From Vicugna vicugna (lineage: Eukaryota), in NCBI GenBank assembly GCA_013265495.1, contig MU058781.1:6848522-6912521 (forward strand): a stretch of DNA of 64,000 bases, in the 5' to 3' direction. Position numbers and translations under genes: made by a program. This document shows positions 24,224-39,400 of this stretch, piece after piece. The notes beneath the pieces are model-generated. The model worked only from the letters and a program-made list of their open reading frames with translations, did no database searches and had not been told where the DNA came from. The stretch's first letter is position 1; the number at the start of each line of letters is the position of its first letter.

Positions 24224-27064
24224 GTGAGCCTCAGGAGGCTGTTGCTTCTCCGACTTAGGAGAAGAGAGGAGAAAGCTTTTCGGAAAGCTAGGCGGTTGCA
24301 GCTGGCACAGGGAACGTTAGGCTCCCTCCTGGGGGCTGTCAGAGCCCTGTCACCTGGGGAGTGCCTGTGGTGGGGGTGGGGGGAACCCACAATCCGAGAA
24401 TAGGAACTCCGTTGCTGTGCTTCCCGGCTGAGAGCGTGCGGCGAGCAGCCCGCACAGCCTCGCAGGTGTTGTTAGTAATTCTCCGGCGCGGCCACCACGC
24501 GTGGAGACGCGATCGGCATTGCTAGGTTGCTGGGGTAACTCCTCCGGGACCCGGGACCCGGAGGGGGCGGCCCAATTACGGTAGCTGTTAGTCAACAGCT
24601 TGGCAGCTGGCAGGTGAAAGAGGAAGGAAGAGGCAGGCCCAGCTGTAGCGAGTTGGGGTTCCGTGATCTGGAACCTAGCCAGCTCGAGGCCCAGCCTTCC
24701 CTTGGGAGAGCGTGCAGGAGTCCATAGACCGCTTCATTTGGGGAGATCCATCGCACAACTCGAGGCTTAACACTTTCCTTGGTTGCTTGGTTCTTTGGGT
24801 TTTTTTTTTTTCCAATCTATTTTAGTGAAAGAAAGGCGAGTGGGAAGGAAAGTTCTTCAGGAGGTACATGAGAAAGTGACCATCAATAATTAATGGCCTT
24901 CCAGACAGAGAAAGTAGTCAACAAAGCATTTGGGCAATTGAACTGGATCCATATTTCGGAAAATGTAATTATTGTGGAAACAGTTTTAAGTGGCTCAAAG
25001 GGAAATTTTTGCTCCTGTTGTCTCTGAAGAAGTTTCTAGTAGTTTCTCCTATTTTGAGAAATTGTGCTAACGCCACTATAAATTTTGATTCGAACCTGGA
25101 GTCTTTTAGACCCAGAGTCCTTTAGATTTATGTTTTTTATGATTTCTGTGGGTTTTTAAAAAATTTTTTTGAATAAGCTACTTCAGAAAAAATCCTGGGA
25201 ATTATTAAAGTAGAAATCTAGACACTGATAGATTCACTTAAACATTTATGCCCCCCAAACTACTTTTTTCCTTTCTTTTGTCACATTAAAAGAACAACAA
25301 AGCTATGAGTTTAAAATTAGGAAGAAAGATGCTTAAAAAGTCATACTAAACCTGAAACAAATTTATTATATTTGAATTAGGTGTGTTTATTAATTTGAAG
25401 AACCAGGAGGGAAATTGCACGTTCAGTATACTAATTTGTTTTAATGACACTTTTGATTGTTATTTCTGAGGTTATATTTAAAAGCGCAGTTAACTGTGGT
25501 CCTTGCAGCTTAAATTTTTTTCTTCCATTTTAAGCCCCAAGAACCCAGCAACAGTGAAAATACAGAAATTACAGTGTCAGAAAAGGATGAAGCTTCGTAA
25601 CTGTTAATTGTATAATTAAAAGTGAAAATGTACTACCCTAAAAAGCTTTTGTCATATTTTCCCCAGACAACACAGATCTCATAATGGCTTTTATAGTTAA
25701 TGTTTTCATTTTCTCTTAACCATTTCTTGAATGACATAGGTCTTCATTGCAATTAAATACATATTTTCTAGTGTACAGTTGGATTAAAATGTTTGGTGAA
25801 ATTTCCAGGAGCTATGCTTTCTTTGGAGAGTACCTGCATTCCCAGGCAACACGGTCAAATGTTGCATAAACTTGATTTTATTTGTGTTCCTAAGGTAGAC
25901 TCAAATATGTTTGCTGCACTACTTAACATATACTATACACTTACATAAACTCTATACATATTCACATATGCTTTATTCATGGTTCACTTTGTGGAAAATG
26001 TGGGATATATGTTTACATAAAGAAATTTGTCAGATTGGACAGCCTTTTGAGAAGATAACTATGATTCAGAAAGCCTTCTTTGGGTATGGCAATTATAGGT
26101 AGATCGTTAGTGCTTCATCCAGCTGTATAATGAGTGCTGGAAAACTAGTGGCAAATGGTTGTAGAACTGTAATGCATTTCGGAATATGTATACAGTTTAT
26201 CTGTTCACGACTGAGAAAGTGAAGACTGAGTCAAAGGAAAACCGTCCATCACATGGGTATCAAGATTTCTCAAAGTTGATGCAGACGGCAAGCTCAAAGT
26301 TCTCACACATGATGTTAATAATCCAAGGAAAATGCGCTTATGAATGTTAGTACAACTCAGATATAAAACAATAGGATTACAAGGCCTTCAAAGCTTTTCT
26401 TTTCTTCAAGATTAAGATCGTATAGGTGGGATTTGTGTCTTACAATAACAACACTTTTCCACTTTCAAATTCCTTATCCATAAGCATGGCATATTTATTG
26501 CTCCTGCTATGTTTTGTGTGAGTAGATGTGTGTGTAGTAAAGACAGTGGATCCAGGAAAGCGATGTGTGGTAATTGTAGGATCTGTATATTGTTCACTGC
26601 TTACTTACACTGAGCATTTTTCATTCCTATCTAATTGAATTGAAAAAATACTAACATGGCAGCTCTTAAATTTTTCGTAGTTTCATGCATAATTTTTCTT
26701 GTGGACTTTTCATTCTTCATGTTTGTTTAACCGTGCTGTTATTAGACTAGTTTGAGAACTCGTAACATTTTTCCAGTAGAAGTTACTAGTGACGATATAA
26801 CCCAGATTCCTCTGTTCAGTACTGACAGTGTGCCTGAGATTTATTTGTTGGTTGTTACTGAGAAGAGATGAATGAGTTTTCTTTTTAAAGTATAATAAAT
26901 GAAAATTCAGAAACTAAGAAGACACAGCAGGATAAAGAGGAACATAACAGGCAAAAACTAGATATTTTTACTCACTGAATTTTATAAACAGTAGTGTCAT
27001 TTGTTTATTAGTCATTCGTGTGATGTTTCTCATTTTTATACATGTAAATGTACGTACTACTGAT

Positions 27065-27280
27065 GAATAACGTTTATTGAGTACTTATAATATGCCAGGC
27101 CTAGTGATTTAAATCAGTTATCTTCTTACTTAATCCTCCAACCGATGCTAGGGTACTCTTGCTGTGCCCATTTTATATGTGAGAACACTGAGGTTTAGTC
27201 TTAGTTAAGTAGCTTGAAACTTATGGCTTCACACTCAGGCAGTCTAACTGCAGGGCACATATACTCTTACCAAGTAAACT
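27065..27280. mobile_element. MIR SINE relic
   Basis: tttattgagtactta...gccaggc...cccattttatatgtgagaacactgagg. Confidence 0.65.
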
Positions 27281-27382
27281 ACATAATAACTTGACTCCAG
27301 AGTGTTGAAAGTATGAGCAGACGCTAATATTTAATGTTCTTTGTCTTGTTTTTTTGTTTTGTTTTGCAGGTTTTCTGATACA

Positions 27383-27469
27383 ATGGCAACCCCACGGGGG
27401 AGGACAAAGAAAAAAGCATCTTTTGATCATTCTCCAGATAGCCTACCTTTGCGGAGCTCCGGTAGGCAG
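27383..27469 (+). CDS. KDM1B: KDM1B coding exon 1 (exon starts at 27370)
   Basis: ACAATGG start; [34 protein letters not shown]. Confidence 0.96.
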
Positions 27470-30400
27470 GTATCACTCACTTGTTCATTCCTTGCACCTC
27501 CTTTGAGCAACAGACTTATTGTGGTTGGGACTGAAGAATTAGAGGTGAAAGGATATAATTCCAGCCCTCAAGGAACTTGCAGTCTAATGGAGAAATTCAC
27601 CTTGGGACCATCAGCGTGATAAAGTGGTAGAATGTTGGAAAAAGGGTATCTGGCAGAGGGGGCTGCAGAGATAAAGGCATGGAGTGTGAATCAGCATGAG
27701 ATGTTCAGAGCATTGCAGTTATGTGGTTGCCTCCAGGATGTGAGCTGGGGCCAGATCATGCTTGGCTTGGTGTCATTCATAGGAATTTGGACTCCAGCTT
27801 GGAGTTGGTTGGGTGCTGTTGGCGAGTTACTTGCTGCCATCTCTCTTGTAGGGCTTTTTTTTTTCCATTTAAAAGAAAAATATTGGATGATTTGTTTATT
27901 TTTCTAGAATTTGTCTAGTTTTTTTTTTTAATCTGCAATACTGAGAGGCTATAACGGCTCTAAGTAAAGGAAAAACTCTTAATTTGAGAGTGGCTTTTAT
28001 TTTGATCAGTATAGCTTTTTCCTAAGAAAAGCTCATATGCATTTTTAGCTCTCTACTTGGAGACTTTCATTGCAGTGCTAGTTCTATACTTCTAGCAGGT
28101 TCGTGTATTATTTGCGCAATGCACTCTCAAGGAAATTGCTGTATCATCAGCCCCTAGCCCGCAGCCAGGATGCTGTTGATCCTCACATTTAGAACTTCTA
28201 ACATGAAAGTGATTTCAGTAGTAAACCTTCCACTACCTTCGCCCTTGGCCATGCTGATGTAATCTTAACCTCAGCTGGTTCTTTCTCAGGCAAAGAAAAA
28301 AGCCACGGAGACAACAGACGAGGATGAAGACGGTGGGTCAGAGAAGAAGTACAGAAAATGTGAAAAAGCAGGCTGTACAGCAACGTGTCCCGTGTGCTTT
28401 GCAAGTGCTTCTGAAAGGTCTGTTTAGATGGCTGGTCTTGGCCTCACCTTCCTGTGGGTCAGAGCATCCAGCCTCAAAGATAGTCTTCCTGAAGATACTG
28501 TTAGTTATCCAATAAGAGACATTGTCAGTGCATTCGGTACACATCCTGTACACAGCACACCCTCCTGTATCTCCCCTCGTTAGACCAGCCATATCAGCTC
28601 TGTCCAGTGGCAACTCCGTGCCCTCAGGTCCCATCCACCATAGTTGTACCTCTCTTGGGGGTTGACGGTAGGATAGGGTCAGCGGTGGGGACACAGCAGA
28701 GAGAACCTTGAGCTCCCTGCAAAGACCAGTATATCCTTATTTCCCGTGCTCTTCTCCCTTATATAACATACGGCCTCGTCCAGCAGACATATATAGGTCT
28801 CATTAAAACTATGCAGTTAACGGCACTCTTGCCATGTTGATTGGAATGACCCAAGCATGACCTTTTACTTTCAGAGAAAAATCTTCAGTGAAGATTCAGT
28901 AAAACCTGGAAAACAAATCCCCTCCCCCCTTTTTTTAAAATCACAAAGAGGTAGTATTGTTAGCGTTCACAGTGGCATATTTCATTCTTTTACTACATTA
29001 TTGGCTGTGTGGCAGGTTATATTTGCCAGATTGCCCACTGGGTGGTGGAATTCCAGCTGGCCAGATCTGTTCACTGTTCAGATTCAGGCCAGCTGTTGTT
29101 ACCAGAGATCACACTTTTCTCCACCCACACGCAGCAAGCACACTGGCCTCCCTTCTTTCATGCCCTAAAACCCCGCCATCACTCCAGGGAGTCGTGATAA
29201 AACTCTGAAGTCCCAGCCCCTTCTGATGTGCAGGCAGCTGGGTACCACTGATCACCAGTGCATTGTTGTGTATTAATCATCCTTTCCATTCCCCCTGTTG
29301 TAATCTGCTGGTGGTTAGGATTCTAAGTGGAGGTAAGGCAAAATGAGCTCATAGGAGGTACTTGATAAATGTTTAAAAAAAAAGAAAGAAGAAATGTTGA
29401 TTCATTACCAAAGCTACCTGTCTTTGCTCTTTTCAGATGTGCCAAAAATGGCTACACATCCCGATGGTATCACCTCTCCTGTGGGGAGCATTTCTGTAAT
29501 GAATGCTTTGACCATTACTATAGAAGGTTGGTTCTGATAATTGAGGTTTCCGTGGTGGAAGGGTCGGTGGCTTGGGCAGCAGAGGGCATCAGATGGATGG
29601 GGATCAGTCTGAGCCCCCGGGCTTGCTGAATGAGCCCACTGTTTCAGCCACACCTGTGCTGACTGCAGGTGTGTCAGGACCTTGATGCAGTAGTTTGCAT
29701 GTATGTATGCTTACGTGTGTGCATATTCAGGGCTCAAAAAGTATCTGCCATGAGACAGCTATTCTCTTTAGTTTGCAAATGCTTAAAAACCTAGGAGAGC
29801 TGCTTTGCTGTGCCAGTGCGTGGGGGCAGGATGCAAAGATTTGGGGGAGGATGCTGACAAGTAGTGAGTCCTGGACAGACGGGTAACCATCTTCTTGATA
29901 GTTTTAGATACTAACGCTGATAGAAATGCAGCCTGTTTTACGGGTGCTGTGATAACCACTCCCCCCCTTTATTATATGGCTAGTTAAGTCCTTTATAAGG
30001 GATTTGTATCTGCCTCTTGTTTTGAAAACCTGAATAACTTATAGCTTGATAACATTTATTTTTATTCTTTTTCAGCCATAAGGATGGATATGACAAATAT
30101 ACTACTTGGAAAAAAATATGGACAAGCAATGGAAAAACTGAGCCGAGTCCCAAAGCTTTCATGGCCGACCAGCAACTCCCTTACTGGGTAAAAAAGATAA
30201 CACCTCATTGTTATGTGAAGCATTTGTGGAGCTAAAAGCAAGAGGAATGGATGAAAGTAGCAATTTTTAGCAGTTTTTTCTTTAACTACATTTACTCTTT
30301 CTATAACTACTAGAGCAAAACACATTTTTAATTTTGGGAGAAAAATCCTGTAACTCAACATAATAGTGTAAAGGAACTAAAGACTCAGATCACCAGGTGC

Positions 30401-33400
30401 TGATAGGCGTGGCTAAGTTTGGCACATATCTCTAATCTTTTTTTCTTTTCATGCTTTTACGTGTATGTTTAACAGTTTCATGCTTTATATGTAAATCCTA
30501 ATCAGGTTTAAAATCATACTTTGCAGGTAACTTTTTGGTAATTTTTAGTTTTTTTTTCCTTCAAGTTTGTATTTTCCACTTAGCCATTCTTTGAAAATAT
30601 ATTTTAGTAATTGCATATATTATATAAATATGCCATCATTTAATAAATGATTTGCTGATTAATATTTAATATTCTAGGTAATTTAAGCTTCTCTACATAC
30701 TTAGAAAATGTTTTATAACCTCCCCCACCAAATAAAGAATTGTTTTTATTGAAGTGACATTCACATGACTTTAAATTCACATAAAATTAGCCACTTTAAA
30801 TTGTACAATTCAGTGGCATTTAGTACATTCACAGTGTTGTGCAACCACCACCTCTATCTAATTCCGAAACATTTTCATCATCCACAAAGGAAACTTGTGC
30901 CTAGTAAGCAGTCACCTCCCATTTCTCTCTGTCTCCAGCCCTTGGCAACCACTAGTCTGTCTGTCTTTATGGATTTTCCAGTTTGGATGTTCTATGTAAA
31001 GGAATCATGCAGAATGTGACCTTTCATATCTGGCTTTTTTCACTTAACATAGTGTGTTTAAGGTTCATCCTTGCTGTAGCATGTATTAGTATTTCCTTTC
31101 CTTTGATGGGTGAATAATATTCCACTGTATGATTTGCTACATTTTACTTATCCATTCATCTGTTGGTGGACATTTGGTTCATTTCCACCTTTTAGTTATT
31201 GCAAATAGTGCTGCTTTGACTATTTGTGTACAGATATTTAATTGAATACTTGTTTTCAGTTCTTCCGGGTACATTCCTAGGAATCAAATGGCTAGGTCAT
31301 GATAATCCTGTTTAACTTTTTGAAGACCCACCAAGATCTTTCCCATAGCTAACTGCTGCAGCATCTCTCATTCCCACCAACAGTGTATGAGAGCTCGGGT
31401 TTCACATCCTCACCAACTCTTGTTTACCATTTTTTAAAATTATAGTTGTCCTAATGGGCATGAAGTGGTATCTCGTTGTGGCTTTAGTTTGTATTTCCCT
31501 AATGACTAATGCATCTTTTCTTGTATTTGTTGGCATTTGTATATCTCCTTTGGAGACAGATCTGTTCAGGTCTTTTACCCATTTTTAAGTTGTGTTGTTT
31601 GTCTTTTTCATGTTGAATTATAAGTGTTCTTTATCTATTCTGGATACTAACCCTGATCAGATATATGATTTGCAAATATTTTCTACTGTAGGTTGTCTTT
31701 TCACTTCTTGATAGCCTCCTTTAATGCACAGAAGTTTTTTATTTTGGTGAAGTTCAATTTATCCATTTTTTCTTTTGTTGCTTATGCTTTTGGTGTCATA
31801 TTTAAGAATCCATTGCCAAATCTGAGGTCATGGAGGTTGACTCCTATGTTTTCTTTTAAGTATCTTACCACTTTAGCTCTTACATTAAGTTGTTGGCTTC
31901 ATTGTGAATTAAGTTTTGTATGTATGTGAAGTAGGCATCCAACTTCATTCTTCTATGGATGGACAACTACATGCTTTTTTAAAAAATAAACTTTAATTTT
32001 GGGGTAATTTTAATTTTGTAGAAAATTTGCAAGAGTTCCCATATATCCTTCATCCAGTTTCTCCTAATGTTGTCATCCGGTGCACCAAGATTATTTCTTA
32101 AACTGAGAAATTAACATGGTATAGTACTAATAACTACGTAACAGACTTACGTGGATTTCATTAGTGTTTTCATTCGTGTCTTTTTACTGTTCCAGGATGC
32201 AGTCCAGGATACCACATTGCATTTAACTTGATACTTTCTTGACTAACTGCAGCTCAATTTAACTCTGATGAATTCCTTAGGTTAGGGGTAGAAAACCATT
32301 GTGACAACAGAACTCAGATCCCCTTTGCGCTTTTCGGGGCATGAGCTGGTATTGAATCAGGAAACAGCCTGATGGGGTTAAAGTGGATTTTATGGGTGGC
32401 AATGATTCAAGGGGGAGAAAAAAGTGCTTGGAAGAGCTGGATGGTTGTTGACCAAATCACGTGGAGAAGATGGCAAAGGGAAAGGTGGAGGATGGAAATG
32501 CTAGGTCAAAATGAGCCAACTCATTGACCTTGACTTTTTACTTTTCATCTAGGTTCAGTGTACAAAACCTGAGTGTAGAAAGTGGAGGCAACTCACCAAG
32601 GAAATCCAGCTTACTCCACAGATAGCGAAGACCTACCGATGTGGTATGAAACCAAATAGTGCTGTGAAGGTATGACGTTTGTTGGTTTTCCTTTTGAATT
32701 AACTGATATTAGTTTAGTTGTCAGTAAATAGTAATGGTGTATACTTTTCATGTATTGTGTCGATCACTGAATCAGGATTGTGTTGGTCCACGTCTAACAG
32801 AACCTCAACTATACTGGCTTAACCAATTAAGGATTTTATTCTTCTCTCATTATAAGCAATTTAGGAGCAGTGTGTCCAGAGTTGGTGTAGTTGCCCAAGG
32901 AAGTCTCCTTCTAGTTTCCAGTTTTGCTGCTTGATGGTTCAGCCACAGGATTGTTGCTGCACTGTCAGCCATCACTCCGAATTCTAAGCAGAAAAGATGG
33001 GAAAGGCAAAGGGCGAGAGGGGTGTCCCAGCCAAGTCTCTCCCTCTTTTATTGGGAAACCAGGAGCTTTCCTGGAAGTTCCACCAGTAGATTTCTATTTT
33101 TAGCTCATTGGCCAGAACAGGATCATGCAGCTACTCTGAACGACAGCAGGGACAAAGGAAGAAGATATTTTATAACTGGGCATGTTGCAGCATCAGACAA
33201 AATCCAGATCCAGTTAGTCAGGAAAACAGGATGAATTGGGCAGTTAGCAATCTTCCACAGTTGGTATAGTTGCCTCTTTTGATATCTGGCAATTACTTAG
33301 TGTTTAAAAATGTGTGATTGCTTAAATGTGTTAGAGGATTCATCCACAAAATGTCTCTAGTTCCATCAGTACGTTAAAGAATATTAGGAATCGCCGTAGT

Positions 33401-36400
33401 CTCAGAAACAAGGTGCTTTAAAAAAATTTTTTTTTAATTTCATTCACACATCATAAAATTCACCCTTTTAGAGGATACAATTCAGTGGTTTGTAGTACAT
33501 TCACAAAGATATGCGGTCATCACCAGAACATATTTTCTTAGTTCAAATATTTCCCTTTGAAAGAATGAAGAGCTTCATAAAATTTGTGATGAAGTTTTTA
33601 AAAGCCTGGGATTTAAGATATAAATACTATTAAAGTGATTCATAATTATTCTTAAACGTATTTGGAAGATTTCGCAAAATGAAATGGTGAGAAAAGGTAT
33701 GAACGTTTAGAAGTTCTAAATTTTGCAGAAGTACTACATAAATATAATCTTAGATTTAAAAAAAGTAAATTGAATATATGTATGTATGTATGTATAAATA
33801 TATACACACATATAATTTAAAAAAAAGAAAGTTCTCCCAACCATCTCTTCCTTCCTACCCTAATAGATAACCAGTCTTTTTTTTTGTAATATGTGCTTTT
33901 TAAAAGAATTAATTTACTAATTATGTCTTTTTTTTTTTTTTTGTCAGGGAGGAGGTAATTAGGTTTTATTATTTATTTTTAGAGAAGGTACTGGGAATTT
34001 AACCTAGGACCTTGTGCATGCCAAGCACTCACTCTACCACTTGAACTATACCCTCCCCCTCCAGATGACTACTATTAATGATTCATTTATTCTACTAGAA
34101 CTTTTTTTTATGCTGTGATTACATATTTATGGTGTGTATTTTTTAAGACTCTTGATGCAAATGTCTAAACTACTTTTTTAAAAGTTTAAAGAACTATAGC
34201 TCAGAGTGATCATTTTATCAAAACCTTACCTGCATTGAGTGGTGGTATTTTTAATTGATGTAAAATTTCATCTTGTTTTTAAAAGTGAGGTATACTTACA
34301 TGTTGTAACTATATGCACAAATTTTAAGTGAATTTCATTGTGTTTTGGAAATGTCCACACTGTGTAGCCAGTACCCCAATCACGATATACAGTGTTTCCA
34401 GCATCATCCTAAAACATGCTAGTTATTTTCTTCCCTCCCCTAAGAGGCCACCAGTATTTTGATTGCCAGTACCCTAAGCAGAGTTTTGTCTGCTCTTGAA
34501 CTTGGTAGAAATGGAATCAGATGGTATATATTTTTTTGCATTTGGTTTCTTTAACTGAGTAAAACTCTTTGAGATTCATCCATATTCTTGCATGGATCAG
34601 TAGTTTTTTCTTTTTTTGAAGGGTGGAGTGGGGAGGTAAAGTATTTCCCCCCCTTTTCATTGCTGAGTAGTGTTCCACGGTATGGATGTACCAGTTTGTT
34701 CTCCTGTTGAAGGACATTTTATTGTCTTAAATTTTTCGCTGTTCTAAATAAAACTGTGGTGAACATCTGTGCAGGTGTTTTTGTGGACCTGTGTTTTCAT
34801 TTCTTGAATGTAAATACTTAAGAAATTTCTGAGTCATATGGCAAATTTATGTATTAAGAAACTACCAAATGGTCTTCTATAGTTGTACCAGGCTACAGCA
34901 TTTGGTGGTGGTACATTGCTTTGTTTTGGTTTGGTTTTTTTAGCCATTCTACTGGGTATGTATTGGTTTATCATTGTGGTTTTAATTTGCATTTCCCTGG
35001 TGACCAGTGCTGTTGAACATCTTTTCATACGCTTATTGGCCATTCATAGTTCCTCTTTGGAGATATCTTTTGAAAGACAAAAAACTCTTCTTGTGGAAGT
35101 TCTTTATGTAATCTGGAAATGAGATATGTTATCTTGAATATTTTTCACTGTCTTTGTCTTGCCTTTTCATTTTTTTAATAGGTCCTTTGATGAGCAGGAG
35201 TCTTTTAATTTTGAAGCCTGGTTTATCCATTTTTTCTTTTCTGCTTAGAACTTTTTGTATCTTTTCTGAGAAATCATTGACAGCCTCTCAACTTGCACAG
35301 ATAGTCTTTTGTTTTTTCTTTGAGGAGGTTTATTGTTTTAGCCTTTCTATTTAGGACACTAATCTATCTCGAGTTAATGTTTGGGTTTGGTATAAGATAC
35401 AGGTCAAGATTCAGTTTTTCTCAGATAAATTTTTAGTTATTCAAAAGATACTTTTTTCCCCATTGAATTACTTTGGCAACATTGTTAAAAAAAATCAGTT
35501 AGCCATCCATGTAGTCTGTTTCTGGACTCTCTTCCGTTGAGCTCTTGTTTATCTTCTTAAAATCAGGTAGTATAAATTCCTCCAACTTTTTCTTTTTAAG
35601 ATTGTTTAGGCTATTTTAGGTCCTTTACATTTCTATAAAAATTTTATTATCAACTTATCAGTATTTAAAAAAAACTTTTGGGATTTTGATTAGAAAGCAT
35701 GAAATCTACAGATCATTTGAGGGAGAATTGACATCTTTACATTTTTTTGTCTTCTAATCCTGGGGTCAACAAACTGCAGCTCATGGGTCAAATCTGGCGC
35801 CCTTTACCTGTTTTTGTAAATAAAGTTTTATTGGAACATAACCATGCTTATTATGTATTGTCTATGGCTGCTTTCATTCCACAGTGACAGAGTAGTTGTA
35901 ACAGAGACCATATGATTCATAGAGACTAAAATGTTTACTGTCTGGCCTTTTGTAGAAAAGGTTTCCTGACTCTTGTTCTGACCCATGGGCATAGTGTATC
36001 TCTCCATCTTTTCAAAGTCTTTAATTTCTCCCAACAGTGATTTCTAGTTTTCACTAAGGATGTGTTCTGTTAAATTTACTTGTAGATATTTTATTTTTGT
36101 GTGTGTGATTTTAAGTAGAATGTATTTTTAACTTTTCAAGTTGTTTGTTGCAATTCTATTAGAAATACAGTTTATTTTTGTATATTACGTTATACTGGAG
36201 ACTTTATTGTCTTGTTAAATTCCACAGATCTTTTTGGAGATGCCTTTGGGTTTTCTATAATCATACCAACTGTGAATAAAGAATGTTTTGCTTCTTTAAA
36301 AGACTCTTATCCTTTTGCTCTTTTTTTTTCCTTACCTTATTCCATTGGTCAGGACCACCAGTACAGTGTTAAATAGAAGTGGGAGAGTGAACTTCCTTGC

Positions 36401-39400
36401 CTTGTTCCTAAGCTTAGGAGTGCCTTAGGTATTATTTTATCGTCATGTGTAATGTTGGCTGTAGCTTTTCAGAGATGCCTTTTATGAGATTGAGGAAGTT
36501 CCTTTCTAGTTTGCTGAAAACTTGTATTACCTTTTATGATAATTGTATGTTTTTTTTTAATCTATCAATGTGGTGAATTACACCAATTCTGGAATGTTAA
36601 AACAACCTTGCATTCCTGGGGGGAAGATTCCACTTGTTCCTAATGCATTGTCCTTTTACCATATTGGATTCAGTTTCCTAATATTTTGTTAAGAATTTTT
36701 GTGTTTGTGTTCATGTTAGATACTCTTTGTCATTTTCTTTCTTGTAATATCCTTGTTAGGTTCTGCTGTCAGAGTTACCCTGGTTTCATAAAACGAATAG
36801 AAAAATATATCCTCTCCATTTTATTGAAGAGTTTATGGATAGCTGATATTATTTCTCAGTTAATGTTTGGTACAATTCACTAGAAAAGCCATTTAGGCCA
36901 ATTTTCTTTGTGAGAAGTTTTAAAATTACAAATTCAGTCTTTTTAACAGGCTACTGAGGTGGTTTATTCTATCCATTTTGGAAAATTGTGTTTATTAAGA
37001 AATTTGTCTGTTTCATCTGCATTGTCAAGTTTGTTGGCTTAAAGCTGTTTGCAGTGTTCTCTTATTTCTCCTTTTAATGTCAGTGGTATTTATCGTGGTA
37101 CCCTTCTTTTATTGCTGATGTTGGTAATTTGGGAGTGAAGGGTGGAAAGCATTGATCTAAGCCTGGGATCAGGGTCCTGCAGTTAACAAGTCTTGTTCTA
37201 AAACTTTTCAGTTTAGCCCTAAATTGATTCTTGAGCTCAACCTCCAGAGTAGAAGACCTCTCGGATGCAGAGAAGGGAAAAAAAAAATAGGAGGGGGCTC
37301 ACTCTGAGCGAGTGGGTCATTCACTTTCCAGACTGAGTGGTTGCACTGATGGAAACTGGAGTTTGAGTAAAGGTACTGTGAGCTTGTGTGGTGAAGGGGA
37401 GCGTGTCTAGCTAGCAGGAGCAGTACCATGGCTGCACTGACCTTAACCAGCACCTGTACTCCAGATTACTTTCCACGTGAAAAGTAGACTCAGTGGCATA
37501 TCATTATATTTAAAGAAGAGTTCAGCCAGGGAGCAGTCAAAAATAGCAGACTGTTTTAATAGATACTAGCTTTTGGGTCATTTTTACTCAACCTATTTCA
37601 GCAGGGCTTCTAAACAGTTCCAAAAAATATATATATGTATGTGTGTGTATATGTATATATATATAGGCTCATTTGCATAATAATGTTATGTTACCAAATA
37701 CTATGTGTGATTTTCACATTAATAGTTTACATTAAAATCATTTTGTACTGTGCTTTGATTAACTTTGGTTTAAGTGTTGTTTAGAGTTACCCATAATCTC
37801 TCCTCTGTTTCACTTGCTGATAATGGAATCTAACTTTGACTTCATCTCTACTAATGGTTCAAATTATCCATGTCCCTTTTTTTGGTTACTTGATTTTTCT
37901 TCCGGTGTGTCATTTATGATTTCTTCAATTTAAGTAGTTTTTGAAAAGTTTAAGGTTTTCTTTAGAATGAGTTTGTTTTTAGACACATGTTATGTGTTCA
38001 TCATTGAAAAATTCAAGCAGTGTAGAAAAGAACAAAGATGGTTTAAAAAGTTCATGCAGTCATCTTCATGAAATAACCATTATTAAATGAGATTCATTCA
38101 AGAGTATTCATGCATGTATACAAGGAGAAGGCCTAGTGGATAAATAACTTCATATTAAGGAAGCATACTATATATGCTGGTTGTACGTAAAATGATTGAG
38201 TTTAATACAACATAATTTAAAATAAGTTAAAGAAGCCAAAGTGAAATAAGAAATTGATGCACATAAGACAGTTATTTCTTCATTTCAAGAAACAGTAATT
38301 TCTTTCTTGAGGGGGCAGTAATTAGGTTTCTTTATTTACTTCTGTTCAAAAAAATTTTAATGACAGTACTGGGGACTGAACCCAGGACCTTGCGCATGCT
38401 AAGCACTCACTCTACCACTGAGCTATACCCTTCCCCCAAGAAATAGTAATTTCTGAAAGCTCCCTAAAAGGTTAAGAAAATACATGATGAGGATGTTAAG
38501 AAGTTGGAATCACTCCAGCTTTTCAACAAAATGGCATGTTTCAATTTTAGATTCTATGAATTGACAGCCTGCTGTGAAAGAGGAAGAAGTGCACTGACAG
38601 CATACTTCAGCCTACCAGTTTTCTCTCTCTCAGTTTTTGTTAGTGTTTTGCTGTTTTGTTTCTTTTCTTTTCTTTAGTTTAGTCTGCTCTGTTGGAATAT
38701 CATTTTTCCCTAGGACCGTATTTCCTTCACCGTTTACTCTTGTCCTTACGTGCAGTTACTGCTCCCCACAGTTGCGCTTACCACAGTTCCTTCTGTCCCA
38801 GGTATTTATTTTGATTCATCACCTGGTTGGATGTATTTGAACATCAAGTACTTTGTGCCCAGGAGAACTCGGAGGTGTCAGATTCCCTGTTTTTGAAAAA
38901 CACGTGCCTTTCGCTTCTTCCACACATCTTAAAGTGGAAAGCTTTATGGTCTTCTTAAATCCCAGTTTCTAAGGATGGTATCACATCTTTTAAATCTCTT
39001 TCCCGACCCCTCCCTAAGAAGTCCTCCTTTGAGACCCTCCTGTTACAGGCTGATTGATTACCATCCATAGCCTGAACTTTTGAATTATTTCTTTAAATGG
39101 TATCTCTTGACCCAGAGTCCTTTTGATTTTCAGCTTGGTCGTCTTCTGTTAGGGACAAAGTCTGGAAAGGTTTACTCGTAAAACACCATTAAAAAGAATG
39201 GTAGCAAACAACACACACTGTTTTGGGGCTTGCTTTTTGCCATTTAGTATATCTTGAAGATGCCTCCAACCCAGTACATAAAGATCTCTTTGTCTTTAAA
39301 GACTGTGTAATAAAAAGTCCACTGAATGGATGTATCATGATGAATTTAGCATGATCGAAGGGCATTTAAATGACATTTAAATGTTTACCATTGGTGACAG

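Larger units (their letters stand above)
23330..24720. promoter_or_regulatory. CpG island / bidirectional TPMT-KDM1B promoter
   Basis: Very high GC and CpG density between two divergent first exons. Contains GC boxes (GGGGCGG), an ETS/YY1-like GCGGAAATGGCC near 23608, TGCGCA, the palindrome GTCACGTCGTGAC at 23700-23712, and no TATA box. Confidence 0.92.

Noticed and set aside
23413..24227. Five overlapping 146-192 aa ORFs on both strands
   Set aside because: Stop-codon scarcity in a GC-rich CpG island; low-complexity Ala/Gly/Arg/Pro peptides with no recognisable domain
34834..35043. [27 protein letters not shown] resembling L1 ORF2p
   Set aside because: A decayed L1 ORF2 C-terminal remnant, not an intact gene or active element
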